From the NCBI RefSeq assembly GCF_009834535.1, contig NC_045697.1:29762001-29826000 (forward strand): a stretch of DNA of 64,000 nt, in the 5' to 3' direction. The translations under genes and the position numbers were made by a program. The stretch's first letter is position 1. Every line of letters begins with the position of its first letter. This document shows positions 53,131 to 64,000 of the stretch, in pieces. Below the pieces are notes generated by a model that saw only the letters and a program-made list of their open reading frames with translations, did not search any database and had not been told where the DNA came from. The DNA is from Camelus ferus. Taxonomy: Eukaryota.

Positions 53131-54754
53131 TAATAACCATTCTTAGGTAGGGAACAGAAAGGCCGACATGCTTACTGTCTTCTCCTTTGCTGATACTTGA
53201 TGGACAGCATTGCAAATTATTTAAATCAAGTAATTTATGCTAATACTAGAAAAGTAATGCTAGAGAAGCCAACAAAAGGGATTAATATCACTGATTGACT
53301 AGTGGAAAAGGATTGATTATTTGCTACCCTAAGTGTTAGGCTGATAAAAATACTGTATTCTGTGAGCTGGTACGTGATTGGGTTTTCGAGTTTACGTATT
53401 ATCTTTAGGAAGTGGGCACGACATGAATTAAAGGCAGGAACTGTGAATGCAAATGCCGTAGAGGCCAGGCAGCTACTACTAATGAATGAAGCAGGCAAAT
53501 TTGTAGGTAAGGAGTGACGGGGATTGTGGCAAAGGGGAGAGCCACGCCCCTCCCAGGGGGCAGCGGCTACCCAGCTCCAGCTTTGACAATGCCGCCGGAA
53601 TGCAGAGCTGGCCACGTCTCCCAAGTTGTTAAGAGAAGTTGGAAATCTAGAGGGTTTTTTTTTTTTAACCTCTCATGGAGTTTCCTAATTTCTAGAAGTT
53701 GGCAACCAATTCAAGCATTGTTCTAAAACACTATGCAGGCCAAAAAATCGTGTCTGCAGGTCAGAGCTGATTCACGGGTCACCAACTTGTGACCTTTGAT
53801 TTGTGATATCATTAACATTTTCAAGACGCAGAGAGAAATGTGGCAAGTTCAGAGCTGTAAGGGATGATAAACCATCAAGACAAATTTGTCCAGTGGAATG
53901 GGAATTATTTTTAATATCCCATTTAGTCAATTTTTATTCAACATATGTTAATTTTTTAAAAAAACCTCACCCAGTATATTTTAACTCCTCCTATCCTTCA
54001 GCTAATTCTGCACTGAGCTTCAGCTGGATCTGTTTCCCATCTTGACCTCCTGTTGGAACAGCCTGGCAAGTTCCTAAGTAAACTGCATTCTCCTAACAGG
54101 CCTCTGCATGAGATGAGCTAGGGAAAGCCCTGTAGCTCAACAGGCAGATGGCGGTAAGAAATTAACTTGAACTTCAGCGAGGCTGAGGTTTCCATGGGAA
54201 CAGAGGAAGCAGCCATACTGCCTGGCATTTGAACTGAATAGGAAACAGGCTCCCCCTCAGCATAGTTCTAGAAACGGCTGCACTATGCTACCACTCTCTG
54301 CATAGATGTTTGCTATTCTCCCCTGAAGGGTTTCAACTTTAGTTAATAACAGGATAATAAATGATCCTCAGGTACATGCTTAAATAGGTTAGAGTGTCTG
54401 TAAATATCAGATACGAGAAAGAATGTGTAAGCATCTAATTGCTGAAATCTGAAAATCATTAATAAGCTTTAGTGGTCTCCATCACAAAAAAATATTTTTT
54501 AACTAAGTGAGCCCATGACAAGCAGAAATCATTGTTTCAATCTTCATTTCCTGTAAAGCATAGACATTCAAATAAATGTGATTTTTCTGTCAGTGTTGTT
54601 TTCTTTTAGGAATAAAATAGATCATTAACATGTATTTTGTCTGAACTTTCAGGCACTCAATTAACATGTGAGGAATAAGCAATTCTGAAGAGTACTCTGC
54701 TTTTTGGAATTAATGACTGAAGAGAGTTCATCTCACCTGTGTCTGTTTCACAGC

Positions 54755-56806
54755 CAGAGGTGGATTAACCAGGAAGCTAAGGAAGTTCAAGCTTTGTGTC
54801 CCTGCCCTCAGAACAGCCTCTTCCAAGACCCTGGGGCGAGCCTTCAAAATGTTCACATGACCATATATTTTTGTAAAATTTTTGTAACATTTATAAAAGA
54901 TAATTTTAACTGCGATGGTTGACACTGCTGTCTCTTCTCATGCAGACTTCCCCTCCATCACCATTGCCTTCCTGTTGAGTGGATGAAATGGCTGCAGGTA
55001 TTTTGGGGGTCTGGGTTAGAAGTAGTTGCACTAGGGATACATTAAATATGGGTTTAGTGGGATATGTTTACGTAGGTCACAGTTCTGTGTATGGGTGTGT
55101 TACTGGCCGTTGTCGTGGTGTAGGAACGACTTCTAGTAATATTTCTACTGCCCACTATGGCAATTCACTCAGCATCATGACACAGAGGTGCTGGGACAGA
55201 GACGGGGTTGAGAGATGACCATGTCCTGTGGTACCTGGCACCCTGGGATGTGGGTATCTGGGAGAAACAAGATGGAAGTGGAGCCAGGAGCTAGTCTGTG
55301 GAAGATTCTTTCCATCATCAGACTTGTACAATTATAGATGGAAAATTTGGTTCTCAAGTGAATTCTAGGCAAATTGGAAGATCTCACCTATCAGAAAGTC
55401 TTGCTAATGCAGTGTCTACAATTATAAACACACTGTACATTTTTAACAGAAATTGTGTGATACAGAATTTATCAGAATTCCTATGGTTAAATTTCCAGCT
55501 GAATTAACACAAAATACTGATAACCAAGGTAGCATAAAACTCAATACATAACCACCACAGGAATGTGGATGGCAAAATGGTTAAGGAGAACTGTCGATTG
55601 GAAGAGCGTTTAAGATGAGTTACTCCTACAGTAGCAGAGGACTACAGGAAACTTGAAAAACTTGAAATCTTATATGAAAAACGTGATAGAGGCTTTCTTA
55701 AATTTGATAACAATCTTAAAAATTTCTATCATGTTATCAAAATGGAACCATGCAGTTGCAAGAAGCTTTCTGAACCATCATCAAAAATCCAGAGTTCAGC
55801 ATTGCCATGTGCCAGCAACTCTTAACATTGTGAGTGATTAAAGAAAAGAAAACCCTCTCCCAGCAAGATCTTCTGTTGGTCTAAGTTCAAAACAATTGCT
55901 ACTGTTACTGTTTAGTTTTTATAACACAATATATGCATAGGGTTTAAATTAGTCCATTTAAAAATTACTCATCCTTTAATGAGCAGTATATTCCACATAG
56001 GAATTACATTTGATAAACCGCCAGTTTCAGTTAACCTCAGATGCACAGTGACGCAGCTATACGTGCCTTTTTAAGAGTAAGTGCGTAATAGTTCAGAATC
56101 ATTTCAGTTTGTGTCAGACACGGACGTGTCTCTGTGATAATATACACCCTGCATTTAAGCAGTAGCCTCTAACTAAGTGGTGACAGCACAGTGATTGTAA
56201 GAATGAAGAAACAGAACTTGAATTACTTCAATGCTGTTGCCCTTTGTGCAAATCAGTCTCTCAACTTTACGGAGTTTACTTATTGGAAACAATTTTTTCC
56301 TGTGTTTTTTCCCCATGTTAAAGAATACAGTACTATAAAAATATTAACTTACTACTTTTGTCCTTTTTATATTGCCATGTATATTGTGATTATTGTTTTA
56401 TTTTTTGTCATGGGTATATAAAGCCTAATAAAAGAAAATTTCAGTGAAAAAACCCAAACCAAATGTCAATTTACCATGCAAAAGATAGGACCGAATAATT
56501 TCTTTCTCTCTTCTCTGTATAGGCAATAATTACACAAAATATTATATGAAGAGGTAACCAAAGAGGATGCACCATCCCCACAAAAAATTAGGGGAAAAGC
56601 ATTACACAGATGTGTCAGGCAATAAACAAAAATAATTTCATTATTTTCTGGATTGGGTAATGGTTGTGGTATTTGACATCTTCCTAAAATTTGTAATTTG
56701 TTTTATTTCTTTTATCATTCTAAAAATAAATATTCACTTTCAAACCTAATTTTGTATTTGTAATCGGTAAAAGCTTCAGGCCCAGTAAAACCCCGATCTA
56801 CCCTTG
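54755..56806 (+). mobile_element. Zaphod-like hAT-Tip100 DNA transposon relic with remnant transposase C-terminal dimerisation region
   Basis: Ends cagaggtggattaacc.ggaagctaaggaagttcaagctt and aagcttcaggcccagtaaaaccccgatctacccttg; ORF 55653..55841 (EAFLNLITILKISIML...ARSF) resembles the hAT motif FPNL..LLKI..TLP.....ERSFS. Confidence 0.7.
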
Positions 56807-56989
56807 TTCTCATTTCTCCTATAACAACAGTCATTTTTTAAAAGGTAAAATGTACAGAGAATAAAACACACAAATCTTAAATGCATAGGTCATTGACTTT
56901 TTACTTATTTATACAACTGTATAACCACCACTCATGAAGATGCAAAACATTTCCATCACCCCAAAAGAAAAAAATTAATTTCTAATATA

Positions 56990-58613
56990 TTCATATTTAA
57001 GATGTTAATATAGCCACAAAAACATTTTGCTAAGGAGAAGCAACACTCAGAGAATACAAGCAAACTCTTAGTGATAAAATTACAGTTACTAAAATAAAAA
57101 ATTCAATAGGAAGACTAAAAAAATGGTTAAAGAAGTCACCCAGAACATTGAGTAGAAAGACAAAGAGATGGAAAATATGAGAGATAAGCTGAGAATAGAG
57201 GACCACCAGGAGGAACAACTCCAACAAATAGAAGTCCTAGAAGAAAGGAAACGGAAGGGAGGAAACTTTGAAAAAAATGAAAAATTTTTAAGACTTGAAG
57301 AATGACATGACTCTTCAGATTTTAGAGAGTTACTCAGTACCAATAGTTCAAAGTCAATAGTTCAGAAGTACTATCTCGGTATAATTTTTACTTTCATTTC
57401 TCTTATGAAATATCCTTAAAATTTTATGAACCAAATACAATTGAAAAATTAAAAAAATTAAAAAGGAATATGTTAGAAGTGTATTTGATCTTCACTCTAG
57501 ATTGGTTCAAACTATTTTGTTCTAGATTACATTTATCCATTGTCATTCATTCATCCATTCAGCACTTACTTGAGCTAAGCCATCACAGTGCCAGTCTCAA
57601 AGAAAAGAATTGATTCCTACTATACATCTAACCACATTACAGTATTATATGTGTAAAGATATGTAGAGATATAAAGAAGCAGCTATCTCAATGTTTTTCA
57701 TCATTATTAAATGTCTTTTTAAAATAAATACAATAATTTGTCCTGAACTCATCACACTTTCTGAATCTAATGATTCATATAGTTCATTAATTCTAAAAAA
57801 TTCTAGCCATCATCTTTTGAAATATCCCCTCTCCTCACTTTCTCCATCTCTCCTTCTGTAATTTCTAGCAATTGTTTTATGGGATATTCACATTCTCTTA
57901 ACCCCTCTTTAATACTTTTTCCTATTTTCCTATGCTTCAATCCATATAATTTCCAAAGATCTATTTTCCAGTTCACAAGTTTTCTTTTCACTTGTGTCTA
58001 ACCTCTATTTTAACCTCTACTTTGAGTCTTAAATTTATGACTACATTTTTCTAGTTGTTTTTTTATGCTCTCTCATAACTGTCTTTTTTATTGTACCTTG
58101 TTATTATATTCTGTTTTGATTCATTATTCTATGTCTTTATTCATTTAAATTTTATTTTATAACCTTTATCTGATAGCTCTACTAAATGAATTTCTGGGGA
58201 ACCTAATTTAGTTCTTTATTGTGTCTCTTAAATTTTGTTTAGGTGGCATGGTTTTTGCACACATTTTGTACTTTTGAATTGTAAGCTAATCTTCAGCAGA
58301 GTTTGTATTTGGAGGTCCTGAGAGTCTTGGATGGAGGGCATGTCTTCCCAACAGATTTTGCATTTGCTTCTTCTAGGTACCCAAGAGGTCCTAGACCAAA
58401 TTCTAAATTAATTTCTAAACTTGAGAGGTCATAGATCATGTGTGTGTTGTCCATAAAGTGGATTAGGCTTTAGTTTACACATTCTCAAGGGAGGTTCCGC
58501 TGCCTCCCACCCAGAGATGAGGTCAAGACAAAGAAGCTTCCTTATTGTCTCCTGTGGTGGAATAATCTGGTCTATTCTTTCTCTGTGGGAGTATTGCACA
58601 TATGCATGCCTGC

Positions 58614-58645
<32 letters not shown>

Positions 58646-58930
58646 TGCTGCTCAGTTTCAATTCTTCACAGGGAACAGGCCCAGGGTGTTCACTTCTAGG
58701 ACTAAAACCCTAGCCCTAGGTTTCTGAGTTCAGCAGCCACTGTTCACTGGGTCTCTCTGCAGGGCAGTCAAGGATCAATTTACGAGCTCACTGCTCTAGT
58801 TTTATGTTCTTTCTCCATTTTGCCCCCTGGGGAATTTCTTTTGAGCTCAGCTATTCATGTAAAAAATATTTTTTTATATTTTGTGTGGCATTTCTAGGAG
58901 TTTTGTATCAGGAAAGTTATTTAGTCTGTC
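56990..58930. mobile_element. Old L1 ORF1-region fragments (+ strand about 57000-57340; - strand about 57800-58900)
   Basis: gaagtcacccagaac...agaaagacaaagagatggaaaatatgagaga (L1 ORF1-like); antisense counterpart around ORF 57803..57991. Confidence 0.55.
58616..58645. repeat. (TG)n microsatellite, about 14 units
   Basis: Directly visible. Confidence 0.95.
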
Positions 58931-59444
58931 ACAGTCTGGGAAATTAAAATTATTATTCACATATTTTTAAATGGCTTTAAAAATAAAAGCAATGATGAAT
59001 TCAGACCATTTTTCAAAACCCTTACTAAAGATTCTCATAGCTACTTTGTTACATTGAGAATCACTACCTTATAGGAACACAGAAGAAGAGGTGACTAGTT
59101 TTGACATGGCTGCTAAGGATGTCATCAAAAAGATGACATTAAGTCAGATCTTGGAGGGTGAGAAGTTTATTTACCACCAACTGCCAGTCTTCAAAGTATC
59201 ATGCACAATGAAATTTAGTCTTTGTCCAATTGATTTATTGTTTTTTATATATTAATAGGTTATTTTTTTTAATATGTAATATCATCAAAGCTATTATTAA
59301 CCCCTGATTTCCAAGTGCGAGGCAAGGAAGCAAGAGATTCAAGAAAACTGAGACTCAGAGACGTTAAATAACATTTTCACTTGTGTAACATGTGGCTCCA
59401 AGAAATATGCCCTCCAGGGAGCTGCACTGACCACGGGTCCTAGT

Positions 59445-59815
59445 TGCTGTGCTCTGAAGTCCATTGCTATGTTTGCATTGAACAGCGTTTCCCACTGGGC
59501 TGCTCCCGACCAGTTACTAAATACGGCAGGAATACGGCAGGGACACAAAGGCAGGCTTGTTCTGGGAGACCCAGGACTCTTGTGGCACCTGACTTTGGTT
59601 CACGGACCTTCTCCTGGCCTCACTGCAATTTCCTTGGGCTGAAAGGCAGCCTATGACAATGCTTCTACTTGACCTTCCTTCTCTCTCTTCACTCAGGTCA
59701 GACTTGCATTGTGCTCTGACTGCTTTCCTAGCATTTTCTCTCACAGTCATCTCCCTAATAAAACTTGCACCTTTAATTCCATCTTAGTGTCTACTTCTCA
59801 GAAGACCCAGACCGT
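59445..59815 (+). mobile_element. LTR16-like ERVL solo LTR
   Basis: ttctgggagac...gactttgg...caggtcagacttgcattgtgctctga...ccctaataaaacttgcac...catcttagtgtctacttctcagaagacccagac. Confidence 0.7.
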
Positions 59816-59844
59816 CAAACTAAGTTTGACCTCAAAACCCATGC

Positions 59845-60335
59845 TTTTACAAAAAAAACAACTAAAAATGGATTAAGGATCTAAATGTAAGAATGACAAT
59901 TATAAAACTATTAGAAGAAAACACAGGCATAAATTTTCACAACACTGGATTAGGCAATGCTTTCTTAGATATGGCACTGAAAAAACAAACAAAAGAAAAA
60001 AAGATAGCTTAGAGTTCATCAAAATGAAAAACATTTGTGCTTCAAAGGACAGCCTCAAGAAAGTGAAATGTTAACCCACAGAATGCTTCCATGTTTTGGC
60101 TATTGTAAATAGTGCTGCTATGAATATTGGGGTGCATGTATCTTTGTGACTAGAGTTTTCTCTGGATATATGCCCAGGAGTGGGATTGCTAGATCATATG
60201 GTAAATCTATTTTTACTTTTTAAAGGAATCTCCATACTGTTTTTTATAGTGGCTGCATTAAATAACACTCCCACCAACAGTGTAGGAGGATTCCCTTTTT
60301 TCCATACCATCTCTAGCATTTATCATTTGTGCAGA
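59845..60335. mobile_element. Two L1 ORF2 fragments joined in opposite orientation (+ 59845-60085; - 60083-60335)
   Basis: aaaatggattaaggatctaaatgtaag...aaactattagaagaaaacacagg (sense) abuts tgcttccatgttttggctattgtaaatagtgctgctatgaa (antisense). Confidence 0.85.
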
Positions 60336-60744
60336 TTTTTCTTCATTATATTTTACAAAATTTTTCCAATGGACACATATTACTTTCATATTTGAAAACT
60401 AGACTATACAGAAGTGAAAATGTCATTTCAGTAACAAAATTATTAGCTCCTAGAGAGAAAAATCTGTGTGTCCCTTTGTGGATTCTTCTGATGCTAATAC
60501 AATCTCTTAAACATAGTGGGTGCTTAACAGTGACTCGTAAATATTATTGACAATGGCACTAGGTTTAAACTATTATAGTTGTAAATCTTTAGGTCTTTGG
60601 TAACTTGGTAGTAGAATTCAGGAAAAGCAGATGTTCCTTTGTTATTATGAAACTTAAAAGTATTTTCACTGAAAGAAAAAAATGTTTCAGTCTGAATGCA
60701 AACTTTGATTGCAGATACTTCAGAGACATGGTGGATTTAATCTT

Positions 60745-60872
60745 TTTAAAAATTTTGATTTTGGGGGTAATTAGATTTATTTATTTATTATTTGAATGGA
60801 GGTACTGGAGATTGAACCCAGGACCTCGTGCACACTAAGCACACACTCTACCACAGAGTTATACCCTTCCCC
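60745..60872 (-). mobile_element. Camelid Vic-1-type tRNA-derived SINE
   Basis: Reverse complement GGGGAAGGGTATAACTCTGTGGTAGAGTGTGTGCTTAGTGTGCACGAGGTCCTGGGTTCAATCTCCAGTACCTCC; 16-bp TSD TGGTGGA(TTT/CTG)AATCTT at 60729-60744 and 60873-60888. Confidence 0.88.
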
Positions 60873-61164
60873 TGGTGGACTGAATCTTAGTACTTGTTTT
60901 CAAACGGCTTCAGATATGTCGTTGGGTCAGCGGGCTTCCCTTCCTCCTGGTTACTCCACGCAGCGGGATCTGCCCAACGTGGCATCTCTTGTCAGTGTGC
61001 CAGAGTTACTTTAGGAATTATTTTACTTTACCATGTTTCTTCATGGAGACAAGGTCATCTTCCGACTATATTTGACTAGCCCTCTTCCTTTGCTTGCCTT
61101 CTTTATGACTTCCTTTCCCTTCCCTCCTTTCTGGAAGGCAGGATGAAAGGGTCAGTCAGCCGGC

Positions 61165-61575
61165 TGGTACTGAGCACTAATTGTATGCTAGGACCAGCTT
61201 CGATCCTTTCACATTCAGAACTTCTGTTTGCTCCTCAAAATGATTTGCTGAAATGTTGCCATTTCAACCTCATTTGAGATGAAGAAACTGAGGCACACGT
61301 TGTCAGCGGCAGATTCTGGACCGGGGCTGCTAAGGCAGCCTGGTGTGCGGTTAAGAGGAGATCTGGCGCCACGCTGTCTGGGCTTGATTCAGGACTCACT
61401 GCTCACCAGCTGTGTGACACCCCTCTCCGTCCCCTGTTTTTTTTTTCCGCAGGGAAGGTAACAGTCTATCTCACAGGGCTGGAATAGGGAATGAGTTAGT
61501 CAATTATTTGTAATGCACTTAAAACAGTGCCTGGCACAATTCAAGCGCCATGTAAGTGTTTCAAAAGTAAATAAA
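61165..61575. mobile_element. Two MIR SINE fragments
   Basis: catttgagatgaagaaactgaggcac; ctcaccagctgtgtgac...gcacttaaaacagtgcctggcaca. Confidence 0.7.
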
Positions 61576-62509
61576 CTGAAGGCTGTCTGACTCCAAAGCC
61601 AGTAACAGTGGAATTTCAGGCCTGCTTTTATTCCACCCCCTTATTATAGCAGCAGAACTGGACAAACGCTAAGCTTGGACTCTGAACAGGGAAGAGAGGC
61701 TTAGCTACTGAGGCATCCACGGACTTCTTACCCTGTCCTCTGTGGTCTGGCCCCCCAACCCCCAGTCTGGTCTGTCTCTCCCACTCTGTCATTCCTGATT
61801 CTTTCCTCAGCACACTCCAGTCAGGCTGGCCTTCTGTGGGTTCCATGACCCCCCACCCCAAGCTTATTTCTACCTCACGGCCTTTGCACCCATCTGGAAA
61901 TGTTCCTCCAGATTGTTGCATGGTTAACATCTTTCTCATTCATGTCACCACATCACGTCATCTTACCAGAAAAAACCTTCCTTGATCATCAGTTGGGATC
62001 TCATGCAAGACAGAAGGCATGCTCAAATAGGGGTGGCTGATAAGATTTTATTAAGAGATCATTAGCAAGAAGTCGCTAGGCCAGAAACCAGACTTGGCTG
62101 GGGAAGCTTTTATCACCACTGGGCCTAGGGAAGTGGGACGGGACAAGAGGAGACCGGGAACCTTCAGAGAACCCAAGGAGAGGCCCCAGACAGAGTTGCA
62201 GGCTTCAGCGGGGTGGTGTGGCCAATCCTCTAGCCTTTTGCAGCAAGAGGTAGCATAAGTATCCCCACTTCCCTCTCCTCCAGCCTGCTGACCTCCTGCG
62301 TCCCTCCCATTAATGGAGCCTGGACTCACAGGTCAGCCTCCGAGATGAAGGGAGAGAGGCAATGGGAAGTTATTCAATACACTCTTCCCAGGTCACAGTT
62401 TATCTTCTCCTTTTTTATCTTAACATAAATCACTCACCACAATTACCTTCTTTTGTTTTACTCCATTCCCTCTAGAATGTAATTATTTTGAGGGCTAGGA
62501 CTTTCAGTT

Positions 62510-62600
62510 CTTCCCTCCTTCCTCTTCCTCTCTCTTTTCTTTTCTTTTCTCCTCTCTTCCTCCCTTCCTTCATTCCTTCCTTCCTTCTTCCCCGCCCTCT
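62510..62600. repeat. CT-rich low-complexity tract
   Basis: Directly visible (TTCC/CTT-type units). Confidence 0.85.
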
Positions 62601-62769
62601 CCAGCTCTGGGCCCCCAGCGCCTACCTCAGTACCTGACGCACAGTAGGTGCACAATGAGGATGAGTTAAATCAATCAACAGACTGGGACACAGGTAGCTC
62701 GCCTGGAGAGAAAAAGGTTCATAAGGGTCGTTTATCTTTTTTATTACAGAAAGATCAGGTGACTGACTG

Positions 62770-64000
62770 AACATCCGTGGCGCCGGGTCAGAGAGCTGCC
62801 CCTCCTGCCCCTACTTCCGAGGCCGGGAGGGAGGGCGGCAGGTGCGGGCGGCCACTGCCCGGGTGCGGCAGCGCAGGCTCCCCCCGGGGACGCGTGCACA
62901 CGACTCAGCGCGCGTCTCCCGAGTGCGGTCGCACCCGCTCGCCCCTCCGCAGCCAGCCGGGAGCGGGGACGTGAGGGGCGGCTCGCTTCGTCCCTCTCGC
63001 GGTGGCGTCCTGGGCAGGGAGGGAGACACCCAGTGCTCACTCTCTGTTATTTTTAGACACCCCCGCCAGGGGTGGGGGCGGAGCAGGCAGAGAAGGTGGG
63101 GGGAGAGGGAGCTCCCGGCGCCTCGGCGCTCGCTCCCGCGGGGACTCTTGGCGCGGCCGAGCCGGGCGGCACTGGGAACAGCTGCGGCGGTGTCCTCGGC
63201 GGCAGCGCGGCGGCTCTCCTCCGGGACCTGTGCCGCGCGGGGGAGGGGCGGCAGGGGAGGGGAGAGCGGGCGGGCGGGAAGGGGCGGAGAGCGCGCTCCT
63301 GCGGCGGCGGTGGCGGCCGTCCTCATCCCGGCGGCCCAGCGCTCGAGTGGACGCGGGGCTTCGCAAATGGCTTGTCCCGCTGTCGGTCTGGAATCTCTGC
63401 AGCCCCTGCAGCCCGAGCCGCCCCCCGAGCCTGCCTTCTCCGAGGCGCAGAAGTGGATCGAGGTAAGGTGCCCGCGGCTGGCGGACGGCCTTGCAGGGGC
63501 GTCCAGAGCCACCGAGCCCTCCCCGCACACGGACGACAGGTCCAGCCTCGCCTCCCCCCACTTTCTTTTGCCAGCTGCTCCGGGTCCACCGCCAGGGCCT
63601 CGAGCAAGCTGCGACCCCCCAACGCTTTGGCGCTGGCGTCTCGGGCGAGGGTGGGCGCGAAGTATGGGGGTGGGGGGAACACTGCGGCTTAGCTGTGCGT
63701 GTGGCGGGCAGGAAGCGGTCCCCTTGCGCCTCCATCCCTCCTGCCTGCCAGCCGCGCAAATCTCAGCTCCTGCTGCTTCCAGGCGCTGCCAAGGGAAGCG
63801 CATTGCGAGCAGAAGTGCCGCAAAGGCGCAGGAGGAGCGAGACCCCAGAGTCCTTGCCGACGCCGCATTCCGGGGGTCCTGCTCCCGGTTCTACCTTCCG
63901 CCTCTTGGCCCCTACCTCCCGCCGTTCAGGAGCCGAGTTGTCCGCGTCTCCGCGGAAGCGCATACCTACTGGAGCCTCTGGCTGTATTTCTGGCACCGGG
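62770..64000. promoter_or_regulatory. LIMCH1: LIMCH1 CpG island / promoter
   Basis: Very high GC and CpG density; multiple GC boxes (GGGGCGG at about 63075, 63245, 63281) upstream of the first coding exon. Confidence 0.9.
63367..63462 (+). CDS. LIMCH1: LIM and calponin homology domains 1, first coding exon ([32 protein letters not shown]); the gene continues beyond the window
   Basis: caaATGG...ATCGAG|gtaagg, 96 nt; matches the recalled LIMCH1 N-terminus and start of the CH domain (EAQKWIE); the UCHL1-LIMCH1 gene order is conserved in mammals. Confidence 0.93.

Noticed and set aside
62744..63996. 330 aa, 240 aa, 206 aa and other ORFs over the LIMCH1 island
   Set aside because: GC-content artefacts; none is in the LIMCH1 frame and none resembles a known protein

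Overview
Mammalian genomic DNA, most likely a camelid, inferred from two Vic-1-type tRNA-derived SINEs. The window holds the complete 9-coding-exon UCHL1 gene on the + strand (CDS 973..11916, 672 nt, 223 aa, intact Cys90/His161/Asp176 triad, polyA signal at 12219). About 51 kb of repeat-rich intergenic DNA follows (L1, L2, MIR, MaLR/ERVL/ERV1 LTRs, hAT and Tigger DNA transposons), and the window ends in the CpG island and first coding exon of LIMCH1 (63367..63462). No prokaryotic-type system (CRISPR, operon) is present, and almost all ORF-track entries are spurious. The two most unusual items lie together at 31-32.5 kb. One is an orphan, non-repeat CpG-rich promoter-like element with NRF1/YY1/E2F/SOX/NR5A motifs, an internal 52-bp duplication and a 44-codon Kozak ORF. 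The other is a MER41-like solo LTR with an intact 4-bp TSD and a STAT GAS motif, with a short L1 tail nested inside it. Repeat family names and boundaries of old repeats are from visual recognition and are approximate; no database search was run.
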